The position numbers were made by a program, and so were the translations under genes. A DNA stretch of 64,000 bases. Source: a bacterium. Lineage in GTDB: Bacteria; Elusimicrobiota; Elusimicrobia; Elusimicrobiales; UBA9959. The notes under the pieces were generated by a model. The model made no database searches. It saw only the letters and a list, made by a program, of their open reading frames with translations, and had not been told where the DNA came from. Location of the stretch: assembly GCA_021789695.1 (NCBI GenBank), contig JAJYJH010000012.1, forward strand, positions 4,991-68,990, read 5' to 3'. Of the stretch, positions 39,480-49,102 are shown in pieces (position 1 is the first letter of the stretch; every line of letters starts with the position of its first letter).

Positions 39480-41201
39480 TCAAAATATGCCGTCCTGCAG
39501 CAGCGGGGCCTCCGACTTCGGCTCCGGGCGGAAGGCGTAGATGTAGCCGTCGGCGATTTGGTCGGCGAGGTAGTCGGCTATCGCGTAGCCGCCGTCTTTC
39601 GGATACAACAGCAGCGCCGCGTAGCTCCAGAGCTCGGGCGTGCCGCGTATGTAGGAGTCAGGCACCAGCACGTTTATCCAGCCGTCCTGCACCGAGGGAG
39701 GCAACTCGGCCGTCTTCTTCGGACCGTCGGGCGTTATCTGGTAGAAGGAGGCGCCCCCTGTGGAAACTTCCAGAGCGTATTCCCAGGCGTCGTTCGGGAA
39801 GATCCGCAGCGGCCGTCCGTCCAGGGGCCGCGTGATGCCGGCGTTGACGCGGTGGTTTATGTCTATATAGAGGTCCAGGGTTATGTGGCTGAAGCCGTAG
39901 GGGCCGCCGGGGGTGTTGTCTATGGCTCCCGGCCTGAACCTGAACAGTATGCCGGCATTGGAAGTGGAGATCTGGATCGCCTGCAGTTTCCAGATGCGCG
40001 AAGGATCGGCTCCCGCAGGAAGGCCTGGGGTGGAGTCGGGCAGCTGCGGGCTGCGGCCCGAGTTGGTCAGCTCGAATCCTCCGGGAACGGTGGAGACCGC
40101 GACCTTATCCTCCTGGTCGGAGGCGGAGGCCGCGTCAGCCAGCGTGGTGAACGCCCAGGGCGGGGGCGGCTTGCCCATCAGGCGATAGGCGTTGGCCAGC
40201 GTGTTGCGCAGTTCCAGGTCCGCGTCGGAGGCGGAAGCGCTGGAAGCCAGGACGGAAAGGTTGTCGCCTTCCTCGGCCGCGAAGTACTGGCGGAAGGCGG
40301 GCTCGGCCCTGGGATAATCACCCTGCAGGGAATTTAAATAGAGCATCAGGTCGCCGCGGGTCTGGGCCAGCGCGGCAAGCGCCCCGGCCTGCAGCCGGGC
40401 GGCGGCCCAGGGCGTGTAGTCCCCGCTCCAGGGCGAGGCCGCGGCCGAGACGGCCGCCGGGGCGGTGGACTCGGCGACGGCGCCTTCCAGCGCCTTGGAA
40501 ACGGTGCTCAGCCTGTAGGCGGACGGCGCCCTGAGTTCGGCGGCGAGCTGGGCGCGCAGGGCCGCGGGGTCACTGGCGGAGGTCTCGTCGAACAGCGTGA
40601 ACGAGGGGGCTTCGTAGTCCGGGACCGAGGTGGAGAACTTCACGAAGGGCACGGCGTAGACGCCGTCCGCCTCCATCGCCGCGGCTGTGGATATCAGCGG
40701 GCCGCAGGCTATCCATTTCATGCCCAGAGACCTGGCCAGGGGAAAATAATCCGGCGACAGCCCTCCAGGAGGGGAGACCAGGCCGGCCGGCGGGGCGCCG
40801 TCCTCCCTGGCTGCCGCATCCCTGGCCATGGAGAACCTCAACGGCAGGAAATAGGCCGCGTTCTGGGACTCCGGAACGGAAGCGGGCTTGCCGTTCCACT
40901 TCACTTCCGGTCGGTCCGGCGAATAGATCAGCGGGAGCGGCGGGTCGCCTTCCGGCCGGGCGGCCAGCTCCAGGCGCCCTTCCTTCGCCAGCTTCTTTAC
41001 GCGGGCTTCGAAGCCTTTCGGAGGTTCAGGGAAAGCGACCGTCAGGCGCAGGTCCTTGCCTTTCTCCAGGATGTCCAGTATCTCCCCTATACCGGCGTCG
41101 CGCACCGGCACCCAGAGTATGGCCCGGCCCGCGGCCGAGGCGGCTCCCTCCGCCAGCAGTACGGCGGCCAGCGCGGAAAGCAGCGTCTTTTTGAGCTTCA
41201 T
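39480..41201 (-). CDS. Secreted protein with degenerate GH57-like N-region and glucodextranase DOMON-like C-domain
   Basis: Signal peptide. 'GRLEL...PPLPLI', 'ASPWSGDYTPW', 'AAEEGD'. C-terminal 'NTPGGPYGFSHITLDLYID...WEYAL'. Confidence 0.6.
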   Translation of the reverse strand: MKLKKTLLSALAAVLLAEGAASAAGRAILWVPVRDAGIGEILDILEKGKDLRLTVAFPEPPKGFEARVKKLAKEGRLELAARPEGDPPLPLIYSPDRPEVKWNGKPASVPESQNAAYFLPLRFSMARDAAAREDGAPPAGLVSPPGGLSPDYFPLARSLGMKWIACGPLISTAAAMEADGVYAVPFVKFSTSVPDYEAPSFTLFDETSASDPAALRAQLAAELRAPSAYRLSTVSKALEGAVAESTAPAAVSAAASPWSGDYTPWAAARLQAGALAALAQTRGDLMLYLNSLQGDYPRAEPAFRQYFAAEEGDNLSVLASSASASDADLELRNTLANAYRLMGKPPPPWAFTTLADAASASDQEDKVAVSTVPGGFELTNSGRSPQLPDSTPGLPAGADPSRIWKLQAIQISTSNAGILFRFRPGAIDNTPGGPYGFSHITLDLYIDINHRVNAGITRPLDGRPLRIFPNDAWEYALEVSTGGASFYQITPDGPKKTAELPPSVQDGWINVLVPDSYIRGTPELWSYAALLLYPKDGGYAIADYLADQIADGYIYAFRPEPKSEAPLLQDGIF

Positions 41202-41659
41202 TTTACCGTCCGTACCGACACCTTGCGGCCGGCCTCCGTGTCCGTGTCAGGGTTTAGCGGGTCCAGAGTTTCCTGTCCGTCTATCACGCAGACGTACTTG
41301 TAGCGGCCCGGCGGCAGCGGGACTATTGCCTCCCAGGTCTTCTTGCCGGTCTTAACCAGCTCCAGCGAATCCGCGTCCCATTTATTAAAATCTCCGGCTA
41401 TCTTCACGCTCTTGGCGCCTTTTATCGTTATGGTAAATCTGACGAAGCGCAGTACGGGCTGCGGCGGTTCCGGAATGCGGTCCGGCCGGGGGCGGAACTG
41501 CGGGATTACCCCCGTGACGGAAGGTTTTATGCCGGCCACGTCCCAGTGTCCGAGGAAATCGAAGTACTTATGTATCGCGTTGTTGAAAATCACGCTGGGG
41601 ACGCTCACCAGGACCAGGCCCGCCGCGGCGAGCAGCAGCAGTACCGATTTGCGTTCCAT
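41198..41659 (-). CDS. Membrane-anchored glycogen-binding (CBM48/AMPK-beta type) protein
   Basis: N-terminal TM. 'AKSVKIAGDFNKW', 'LPPGRYKY...IDG...DPLNP'. Confidence 0.85.
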   Translation of the reverse strand: MERKSVLLLLAAAGLVLVSVPSVIFNNAIHKYFDFLGHWDVAGIKPSVTGVIPQFRPRPDRIPEPPQPVLRFVRFTITIKGAKSVKIAGDFNKWDADSLELVKTGKKTWEAIVPLPPGRYKYVCVIDGQETLDPLNPDTDTEAGRKVSVRTVK

Positions 41660-42315
41660 CAGGCGCGCTCCTCCGTCTCCAGGCGCGGTCGCAGCCGCAC
41701 CTCGGCCCCGAGGTTCGAGACCAGCTCCCGGAACTTCGCCATGTCCACGGTGTCGTCCTCTACGGCGGTGGCTACGGCCTCCGGCAGCAGCAGCGCCGCT
41801 TCCCTGATGAATTCCTTGACCTTCTCGAAGCCGTTGGCCTTCCACGGCTCCATCGGGCGCATACGCTCCAGCCACTGGACCGGGTCCGCCGTGTTGAGGC
41901 TGACGTGTACGGCGTCTATAAACCCCTTCATCTCCGGCACCACGTTGCGGCCCCAGACGGCGTTGGCCAGGCCATTGGTGTTGAGGCGCACGCGCAGTGA
42001 GGCGGGGATGGGGGCGGCGCGTCCCGACTTCACCAGGCGGGCGCAGGTCAGCAGCGCCTCCAGGCGCATTGTGGGTTCGCCGTAGCCGCAGAAGACCAGC
42101 TCCCTGAACGGGGCTGACGCCCATTCCGCCTTCGCGGCGGTTACGACTTCCGACGGGGCCGGCTCGAGGCCTGCCAGGTTCAGGTCGTTGCCGCGGTAGT
42201 CCATCTTCCAGGTGTTCTTGATGCAGAAGACGCAGGACGTGGGACAGCTGTTGGTGAGGTTTACGTAAAGGCCTTCCCCGTAGCGGTAGACTATGGTGGG
42301 TTTGTGTGCTTCCAT
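41659..42315 (-). CDS. TatD-associated radical SAM protein
   Basis: 'LYVNLTNSCPTSCVFC' (CxxxCxxC), 'ELVFCGYGEPT', 'RLNTNG', 'VSLN'. Confidence 0.88.
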   Translation of the reverse strand: MEAHKPTIVYRYGEGLYVNLTNSCPTSCVFCIKNTWKMDYRGNDLNLAGLEPAPSEVVTAAKAEWASAPFRELVFCGYGEPTMRLEALLTCARLVKSGRAAPIPASLRVRLNTNGLANAVWGRNVVPEMKGFIDAVHVSLNTADPVQWLERMRPMEPWKANGFEKVKEFIREAALLLPEAVATAVEDDTVDMAKFRELVSNLGAEVRLRPRLETEERA

Positions 42316-42368
42316 AAAAATCCCCGTGCGGTCTTCAGCCGCGCTTCTTATTATTCTATCATTTAGGG

Positions 42369-43478
42369 ATGAAGATTTTGATAGCGCCCAATTCCTTCAA
42401 GGGAACGCTCACCGCGTCCGAGGCCGCTGAGGCCGCCGCCAGGGGCGTTAGAAAAATAGCCCCCTCGGCGCGCGTCGACGTGCTGCCGATCGCTGACGGC
42501 GGGGACGGACTGCTGGAGGCGCTGCTGCCGGCGCTTGGCGGGAAGCTGATGCGAAGCCTGGTGAGGGGGCCTCTCGGCGGGCCGCTGGAGGCGCGCTGGC
42601 TGCTGGCCGGAAGCACCGCGGTGATAGAGATGGCTGAGGCCGCGGGCCTGCGGCGCCTGGGGGGCGCGAGGCTGCGGCCGCTTGACGCCTCTACCCGGGG
42701 CGTGGGGCAGCTGATGGCTGAGGCCGCGCTGCGCGGAGCCAGGGAGATAGTGGTGGGCCTGGGCGGCAGCGCCTCCAACGATGGAGGCGCGGGCTGCGCC
42801 CAAGCCTTCGGCTTCTCGCTCGTGGACCGCCGCGGCCGTCCGGTGCCGCCCGGCGCCAGGGGGCTGGCCTCGCTCGCGGCCGTGTTCCCGGGCGGCGCGC
42901 GCCGGCTGCTCAGGGGCGTGCGCGTGACCGGGCTGGCCGACGTGCGCAACCCGCTCTGCGGCCCGATGGGGTCCGCGCGGGTCTTCGGGCCGCAGAAAGG
43001 CGCCGGGCCGCGCGAGGTGGCCTTCATCGGCAGGGCTCTGCTGAACTACGCAGGCGTGGTGAGGGAATGCCTGGGCGTGGAAATAGCCCGCCTGCGCGGC
43101 GGCGCCGCCGCCGGCGGGCTAGGCGCGGGTCTGGCCGCTTTCTTCGGAGCGGAACTGGATGACGGGGCCGCCTTCGTGCTGGAACGGACGGGGTTCTACC
43201 GGAAACTGGCCGGCGCGGACCTGCTAGTTACCGGAGAGGGGAGCTTCGACGCGCAGACCTTCTACGGCAAGGCCCCGGGGGCGGCCATCGCCGCCGCAAG
43301 ACGTGCGGGTAAGCCCGTCGCCGTGGCGTGCGGCGTTTCCAGGCTTTCAGCGGCTTCACTGCGGCGGCGCGGGGTTTCTCTGGTGATAGAGGCCGGCCGG
43401 CTCCCCTATCCCGCCGCGGCCCTGGAAGCGGCCGTTTCCAGTGGACTAGCTCCGATGCTTGGCCGCGGCCGGAGTTGA
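42369..43478 (+). CDS. Glycerate kinase
   Basis: 'MKILIAPNSFKGTL', 'PIADGGDG', 'GLGGSASNDGG', 'FGPQKGA', 'TGEGSFDAQT'. Confidence 0.95.
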   Translation: MKILIAPNSFKGTLTASEAAEAAARGVRKIAPSARVDVLPIADGGDGLLEALLPALGGKLMRSLVRGPLGGPLEARWLLAGSTAVIEMAEAAGLRRLGGARLRPLDASTRGVGQLMAEAALRGAREIVVGLGGSASNDGGAGCAQAFGFSLVDRRGRPVPPGARGLASLAAVFPGGARRLLRGVRVTGLADVRNPLCGPMGSARVFGPQKGAGPREVAFIGRALLNYAGVVRECLGVEIARLRGGAAAGGLGAGLAAFFGAELDDGAAFVLERTGFYRKLAGADLLVTGEGSFDAQTFYGKAPGAAIAAARRAGKPVAVACGVSRLSAASLRRRGVSLVIEAGRLPYPAAALEAAVSSGLAPMLGRGRS

Positions 43479-43563
43479 GTTCACAGGTTATTTTTATTAT
43501 TATGTATACCCTGCGGAACACGGCCTTTCCCGCGTCCGCGGATACGAGATTAAGAGGTTTAAA

Positions 43564-44973
43564 ATGAGCTCCCACCAGGCAAACCACATTTCTTTCGGCA
43601 CCGACGGCTTTCGCGGCGTCATAGCGCGGGACTTTACGTACGACGTGGTCAGAAAGGCCGCCCAGGGCATGGCCGATTATGTCGCCTACAAGTATATGCG
43701 GATGGAAAAGCCCTCCATCGCCGTGGGCTACGACAGGCGCTTCATGTCGGACCGCTTCGCGCGCGCGCTGGCCGAGATCCTGGCCGCCAACGGCCTGGCC
43801 GTCACTCTTTCCGCAACTCCCATCCCCACCCCGGCCGTAAGCCTGCTCACTACGAAGGGCTACGGCATAGGCGTTGTGATAACCGCCAGCCATAATAAAC
43901 ATTTTTATAACGGCATCAAGGTCAAGTTGAACGGGCGCTCCGCCCCTCCGGCGGTGACGGCCGACATAGAGAACTACATCGGCAAGGCCGTGCCGGTAAA
44001 GGCCGCCGGGGTAAACGTGGCGGTGAAGGATTTCAGGAAGATCTACGAGGACTACCTCGATTCCAGGGTGGGCGGCGCCGCGAAGCTGCTGGCGAAGCTG
44101 CCAGGCAAGGTCGTGGTGGACTTCATGCACGGCGCCGGCGCAGAGATGGCCGGGATCTTCAATTCGAAGAACGTCATAAAGATCAGGGAGGCGCACGATC
44201 CGCTGTTCGGCGGCGTAGCCCCCGAGCCGGTGGAGTCCAACCTGCAGCCGCTGGTGGAGGCCGTCAAGAAGAACAAGGCTCTTTTCGGGGTCGCGCTCGA
44301 CGGCGACGCGGACCGCTTCGCGCTGGTCTCGGACAAGGGCCAGTACTTCACTCCCTGCCAGACCGCGCCGCTGCTGCTGGACTACCTGCTGGCGGGCGGC
44401 AAGTACAAGGGCAAGGTGGCGCAGGCCGTGTCGATGGGCTACCTGACCAAGCGTATAGCGCGGGCGGCTGGGCTGCCGTTCGAGGAGACGCTGGTCGGCT
44501 TCAAGTACATAGCCGAGAAGATGCTCTCCGAGGACGTGACGTTTGGCGCGGAGGAATCTGGCGGCTATACCTGGAAAGGCAACCTGCCGGAGCGCGACGG
44601 GGCGCTGACCGCGCTCTTCGTGATGGACATGGCGGTAAAGACCGGCAAACCCGTGTCCGCCCTTTACGCCGAGATAGAGAAGAAGTACGGGAAGTCCGCC
44701 TTCATCCGCCGGGATTTCGAATTGGACAAGCCCATCCCCAACAAGCACTCGTTCGCGGTTAAGATAAAGAAGAAGCTGCCGAAGCTGCTGTTGGGCCGCA
44801 AAATAGCCGAGACCAACACGATAGACGGTCTTAAGATAGTGCTCGACAACGACTGGTGGGTGCTGATGCGGCCGTCCGGCACCGAGCCACTGCTGCGCAC
44901 GTACGCCGAGACGGATACCCCGGAGAACACGAAGAAGTTCCTGGACCTCGCGGGCAAGCTGATCGAGAAGTAA
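43564..44973 (+). CDS. Phosphoglucomutase/phosphomannomutase
   Basis: 'FGTDGFRG', 'ITASHN', 'DGDADR', 'EESGG', 'RPSGTEP'. Confidence 0.95.
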   Translation: MSSHQANHISFGTDGFRGVIARDFTYDVVRKAAQGMADYVAYKYMRMEKPSIAVGYDRRFMSDRFARALAEILAANGLAVTLSATPIPTPAVSLLTTKGYGIGVVITASHNKHFYNGIKVKLNGRSAPPAVTADIENYIGKAVPVKAAGVNVAVKDFRKIYEDYLDSRVGGAAKLLAKLPGKVVVDFMHGAGAEMAGIFNSKNVIKIREAHDPLFGGVAPEPVESNLQPLVEAVKKNKALFGVALDGDADRFALVSDKGQYFTPCQTAPLLLDYLLAGGKYKGKVAQAVSMGYLTKRIARAAGLPFEETLVGFKYIAEKMLSEDVTFGAEESGGYTWKGNLPERDGALTALFVMDMAVKTGKPVSALYAEIEKKYGKSAFIRRDFELDKPIPNKHSFAVKIKKKLPKLLLGRKIAETNTIDGLKIVLDNDWWVLMRPSGTEPLLRTYAETDTPENTKKFLDLAGKLIEK

Positions 44974-44986
44974 AACCGGATAAAAT

Positions 44987-44995
44987 TGCTATAAT
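44987..44995 (+). promoter_or_regulatory. Extended -10 promoter element upstream of metK
   Basis: TGCTATAAT, followed by RBS AGGAGG before the ATG at 45023. Confidence 0.5.
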
Positions 44996-45022
44996 TTAAG
45001 GATAATTCAGGAGGGTAAGCGC

Positions 45023-46219
45023 ATGAACTTCAAAGGAAAAAGGTTCGTCAGTTCCGAGTCTGTGACCGAGGGACACCCGGACAAGGTCTGTGATCAGATC
45101 TCCGACGCGGTGCTGGACGAGATAATGAAGAAGGACCCGGCCGGCCGCGTGGCCTGCGAGACCTTCATCACCCGCGGCATGGTCGTCGTGGGCGGCGAGA
45201 TCACCACGAAGACCTACGTGGACGTGGACGGGCTCGCCCGCCGCGTGATAAGGGAGATAGGCTATACCGACAATAAGTACGGTTTTAATTACGAGACCTG
45301 CGCGGTTATCAACGTGATCGGCCGCCAGAGCCCCGACATCGCCCAGGGCGTGGACACCGGCGGCGCCGGCGACCAGGGCCTTATGGTCGGCTACGCCTCC
45401 GACGAGACCCCGGAACTCATGCCGCTGCCGCTGCAGCTGGCCCAGCGCCTCTCCATGCGCCTGACCGAGGTCCGCAAGAAGGGCATCCTGCCCTACCTCG
45501 GCCCGGACGGCAAGACCCAGGTGACCGTGGAGTATGACGACGGCGAGCCTACCCGCATAGAGACCATCGTCGTCTCCTCGCAGCACACCGAGGAGATCCT
45601 CGACAAGAGCGGCCACCAGATCACCGAGAAGAGCCGCAGGGAGATCATCGAGGCCGTGATCACGCCCATCATAGACAAGAAGATGATGGACAAGAACACC
45701 AAGATCTACATCAACCCGACCGGCAAGTTCGTGGTCGGCGGTCCTCAGTCCGACACCGGCGTGACCGGCCGCAAGATCATCGTGGACACCTACGGCGGCG
45801 TGGCCCCGCACGGCGGCGGCGCGTTCTCCGGCAAGGACCCGACCAAAGTGGACCGCAGCGCCGCCTACATGGCCCGCTACATCGCCAAGAACATCGTGGC
45901 GGCCAAGCTCGCCCGCGAAGTCACCGTGCAGCTGGCCTACGCCATAGGCGTGGCCGAGCCGGTGGGCCTGTACGTGGACAGTCACGGCACCGGGAAGATC
46001 GCCGACGAGAAACTGGCTCAGATAGTCAGGTCGAGTTTTGACCTGACGCCCCGCGGTATCATCCACGCGCTGAAGCTGCGCGCGCCGGTGTTCCGCAAGA
46101 CCGCGGCCTACGGCCATTTCGGCCGCCCCGGCTTCGCGTGGGAGAAGACCGATTCGGCGGCGGCGCTGGCTAAGAAAGCCGCCGGCGCTCCCAGGGTGGA
46201 GTGCTCCTGCTGCTGCTGA
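45023..46219 (+). CDS. metK: S-adenosylmethionine synthetase
   Basis: '[11 protein letters not shown]', 'GAGDQG', 'GGGAFSGKD', 'TAAYGHFGR'. Confidence 0.98.
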   Translation: MNFKGKRFVSSESVTEGHPDKVCDQISDAVLDEIMKKDPAGRVACETFITRGMVVVGGEITTKTYVDVDGLARRVIREIGYTDNKYGFNYETCAVINVIGRQSPDIAQGVDTGGAGDQGLMVGYASDETPELMPLPLQLAQRLSMRLTEVRKKGILPYLGPDGKTQVTVEYDDGEPTRIETIVVSSQHTEEILDKSGHQITEKSRREIIEAVITPIIDKKMMDKNTKIYINPTGKFVVGGPQSDTGVTGRKIIVDTYGGVAPHGGGAFSGKDPTKVDRSAAYMARYIAKNIVAAKLAREVTVQLAYAIGVAEPVGLYVDSHGTGKIADEKLAQIVRSSFDLTPRGIIHALKLRAPVFRKTAAYGHFGRPGFAWEKTDSAAALAKKAAGAPRVECSCCC

Positions 46220-46281
46220 CCCTGGCCGCGCCGGGAAACGGAGGGGGTCCGTTCCCGGCGCGCTGGACCCAAGGGGGGAAC

Positions 46282-46635
46282 ATGAAGGTATTGCTGGTTG
46301 AAGATAATGCGCTTACGCGCTACACGATAAAGACCCTGCTGGAAAAGCTCGGTCATGAGGTGGTGGCCGAGGCCGAGGACGGCCCGGCGGCGGTGAAATG
46401 CTACCGCGAGCACAGGCCGGACGTGGTTTTCCTGGACCTGATACTTCCGGGGCGCTCCGGGGTGGAGATCCTCGGCGACCTGCGGGCGCTTGACCCGGCC
46501 GCGCGCGTGGTGGTCGTTACGGCGGTGGAGCAGGACGAGATAGACAGGCGCCTTTCCGACAAGGGCGTGAACGCGATACTGCGCAAACCGTTCTCATTCG
46601 ACGATTTTAAAACGCTGATGAAGAGCCTTGCCTGA
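46282..46635 (+). CDS. CheY-like single-domain response regulator
   Basis: 'VLLVEDN', 'PDVVFLDLILP', 'VVTA', 'KPF'. Confidence 0.92.
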   Translation: MKVLLVEDNALTRYTIKTLLEKLGHEVVAEAEDGPAAVKCYREHRPDVVFLDLILPGRSGVEILGDLRALDPAARVVVVTAVEQDEIDRRLSDKGVNAILRKPFSFDDFKTLMKSLA

Positions 46636-47233
46636 TATGGACCCGAAAGCCGGGAAAACTCTGGAAAAAGTAGCCTCGGAGAGTCTGGGAAAATGCGCTT
46701 CCAGGCTCTCGCGCGTTTCAGGCGGGCAATGGACAATCTCCGCTTTTCACGTTTCCCTGCGCACGATGCGGGAACTGATCGGGGACTATTCCGCTTCAGG
46801 CAGCGCCTCGGGAGCGGCCGTGTATTTCACGGTTTCCGGTGAGTATCCGTTCACTTCGATGGTTGTCTTCAGACCGGAGGATATAGGGGTACTGGCGAGG
46901 GGCTTCCTCGGCGGCCCGATCCTCAAGCTGCCGGACCTGAGCCAGGCGCAGGAGCTGCTGTTCTCTGAACTAGGCAACATCATTCTTAACTCTTTGCTGA
47001 ACGCGCTTTCCGGGGCCGTCGGACGCCCCTTTATCCCTTCGGCCCCCAAGTGCGTGAAGGGAGGGATCCCTTTCCTGCTCGAGGCCCTCTGGTCCTCCGT
47101 GGAGCCTTCGGCCAGGCGCGGCCTGGTCACGGTGAAGTTGGACCTGCGTTGCGGCGACGCCGTCACGGGGGTGGAAGTGCTGGCTCTTATTCCTCCCGCC
47201 ATGGAGGCGGAACTGGCCGCTCTGGAGCCCTGA
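46628..47233 (+). CDS. CheC-like CheY-P phosphatase
   Basis: 'SELGNIILNSLLNALS...PSAP' (ExxN motif). Directly after the CheY-like gene. Confidence 0.75.
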   Translation: MPDMDPKAGKTLEKVASESLGKCASRLSRVSGGQWTISAFHVSLRTMRELIGDYSASGSASGAAVYFTVSGEYPFTSMVVFRPEDIGVLARGFLGGPILKLPDLSQAQELLFSELGNIILNSLLNALSGAVGRPFIPSAPKCVKGGIPFLLEALWSSVEPSARRGLVTVKLDLRCGDAVTGVEVLALIPPAMEAELAALEP

Positions 47234-47266
47234 GGAGGGCGCGGCCTGGCGAGCTGAGGAGGAGAT

Positions 47267-47794
47267 ATGATTAGAAGAACCATCCCCGTAGCCCTTGCTC
47301 TGATGGCGGTCCTAGCCGCCAGGGCATTCCCGCAGGTCGGCGTGAACGGTATAGACTGGCAGGTTTCCCGGAATGCCGGCAAACAGCGCCTCCCTTTCGA
47401 GAAGGTGGAGAAACTTAAACTTTCCGAAGACGGGAAGTTCACGGACAGGCTGCGCGCGCTTGTAACGCTGCACAATTCCTCCGCGAACCCGGCCGAGGGG
47501 CTGGTCATGCGCTACGCGCTGACGCTGCGCCTGCTGAAGGACGGGGAACCCCTGGACAAGGCCTTCTGGTGCGTTCCGTTTTTCGTCGAAGAGGTTCGCG
47601 TCTCCAGGATAGCCCCCGACGCGGAGATGCAGGCCAGGGTGATACGGTTCGAACTTCAGAACCAGCTGGCGAGACTGCGGGACAGCGGCTTCAGCCCGGT
47701 GGCTATTAAGCTGCAGGTAATGCTGGGCCCCCGCAGGGGCGACTCCCCCTCCGCCATTATGAACGAGTCCGTTCTTGACATAGTCAGATCATAA
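47267..47794 (+). CDS. Secreted hypothetical protein
   Basis: RBS GAGGAG, signal peptide, beta-rich body. Confidence 0.7.
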   Translation: MIRRTIPVALALMAVLAARAFPQVGVNGIDWQVSRNAGKQRLPFEKVEKLKLSEDGKFTDRLRALVTLHNSSANPAEGLVMRYALTLRLLKDGEPLDKAFWCVPFFVEEVRVSRIAPDAEMQARVIRFELQNQLARLRDSGFSPVAIKLQVMLGPRRGDSPSAIMNESVLDIVRS

Positions 47795-47833
47795 GGCCGC
47801 GCGCCTTGCGCGGCATGACGCACGGAGCACAAC

Positions 47834-49102
47834 ATGCTTGATATCAACCTCATCAGGACCGACCCTGGGAAGGTCCGGGCGGCCCTGTTAAAGAAACTGG
47901 ATTCCGTCGACCTCGGGCCCATACTGGAGCTGGACCGCAGGCGGCGCGAACTGCTTACGGAGGGCGACGCGCTGAAAATGAAGAAGAACGCCGCCTCTGC
48001 CGGGGTGAAAAAGCTGCCCAAAGAGGAGCAGCAGGCGGTCTTCGCCGAGATGAAGGAGATAGCGGCCAGGGTCAAGGGCATCGATTCGGAGCTGGTCTCG
48101 GTAGAGGAAAAGCTGAACTCGCTGATGGCCGAGCTCCCGAATATGCCGGCGGATGACGTCGTGGCCGGCGGCAAGGAGAACAACGCGGTCCTGCACGAGT
48201 GGGGTAAGAAGCCGGAGTTCGGTTTCGCCGCGAAGGGCCACCTGGAGCTCTCAAGAGACCTGGGGCTCGTCGATTACGAGCGCGGGGCCAAATTGGGCGG
48301 CGCGGGCTTCTGGATCTACCGCGACCTCGGCGCGCGCCTGGAGTGGGCACTGATCAATTTCTTCGTGGAGACGCACCTGGCGGCCGGCTACTCGTTCACG
48401 CTGCCGCCGCATATTCTGAACTACGAGTGCGGTTATACCGCCGGGCAGTTCCCCAAGTTCAAGGACGACGTCTTCCATATCTCCGGCCAGGGAGAAAAGA
48501 CGCAGTTTCTGCTGCCCACGGCGGAAACCGCGCTGATCAGCCTGCACCGCGACGAGGTGCTGAAAGAGGAGGACCTGCCGAAAAAATATTTCGCCTACAC
48601 CCCCTGCTACCGCAGGGAGGCCGGCGGCTACGGGGCCAACGAGCGCGGCATGATACGCGGCCACCAGTTCAACAAGGTGGAACTGATCCAGTTCACCAGG
48701 CCGGAGGATTCCCCGGCGGCCTTCGATTCGATGGTGGGGGCCGTGGAGGGCGTCATGAGGAAGCTGGGCCTGCATTACCGGCTGGTCAAGCTGGCCGCCG
48801 GGGACTGCAGCGCTTCGATGGCCCGCACCTGCGATATAGAGGTCTGGATTCCGAGTATGAACGCCTACAAGGAAGTAAGCTCGGTCTCCAACGCCTACGA
48901 CTACCAGGCCCGCCGCGGGAGCATGCGTTTCAAGCGCGCGGCCACCGGCAAGAACGAGCTCGTGCACACTCTCAACGGCTCCTGTCTCGCCACCAGCAGG
49001 CTTTTCCCGGCGATACTGGAACAGTTTCAGCAGGCGGACGGCTCCGTGCTGGTGCCCGAGGTCCTGCGCAAATATACCGGCACCGACAGGCTCGCGATAT
49101 GA
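47834..49102 (+). CDS. serS: Serine--tRNA ligase
   Basis: 'MLDINLIR', 'LPTAE', 'CYRREAG', 'RGHQFNKVE', 'HTLNGS'. Confidence 0.98.
   Translation: MLDINLIRTDPGKVRAALLKKLDSVDLGPILELDRRRRELLTEGDALKMKKNAASAGVKKLPKEEQQAVFAEMKEIAARVKGIDSELVSVEEKLNSLMAELPNMPADDVVAGGKENNAVLHEWGKKPEFGFAAKGHLELSRDLGLVDYERGAKLGGAGFWIYRDLGARLEWALINFFVETHLAAGYSFTLPPHILNYECGYTAGQFPKFKDDVFHISGQGEKTQFLLPTAETALISLHRDEVLKEEDLPKKYFAYTPCYRREAGGYGANERGMIRGHQFNKVELIQFTRPEDSPAAFDSMVGAVEGVMRKLGLHYRLVKLAAGDCSASMARTCDIEVWIPSMNAYKEVSSVSNAYDYQARRGSMRFKRAATGKNELVHTLNGSCLATSRLFPAILEQFQQADGSVLVPEVLRKYTGTDRLAI

Noticed and set aside
44974-45022. SAM riboswitch upstream of metK
   Set aside because: The spacer is only about 50 bp and contains just a promoter and RBS.
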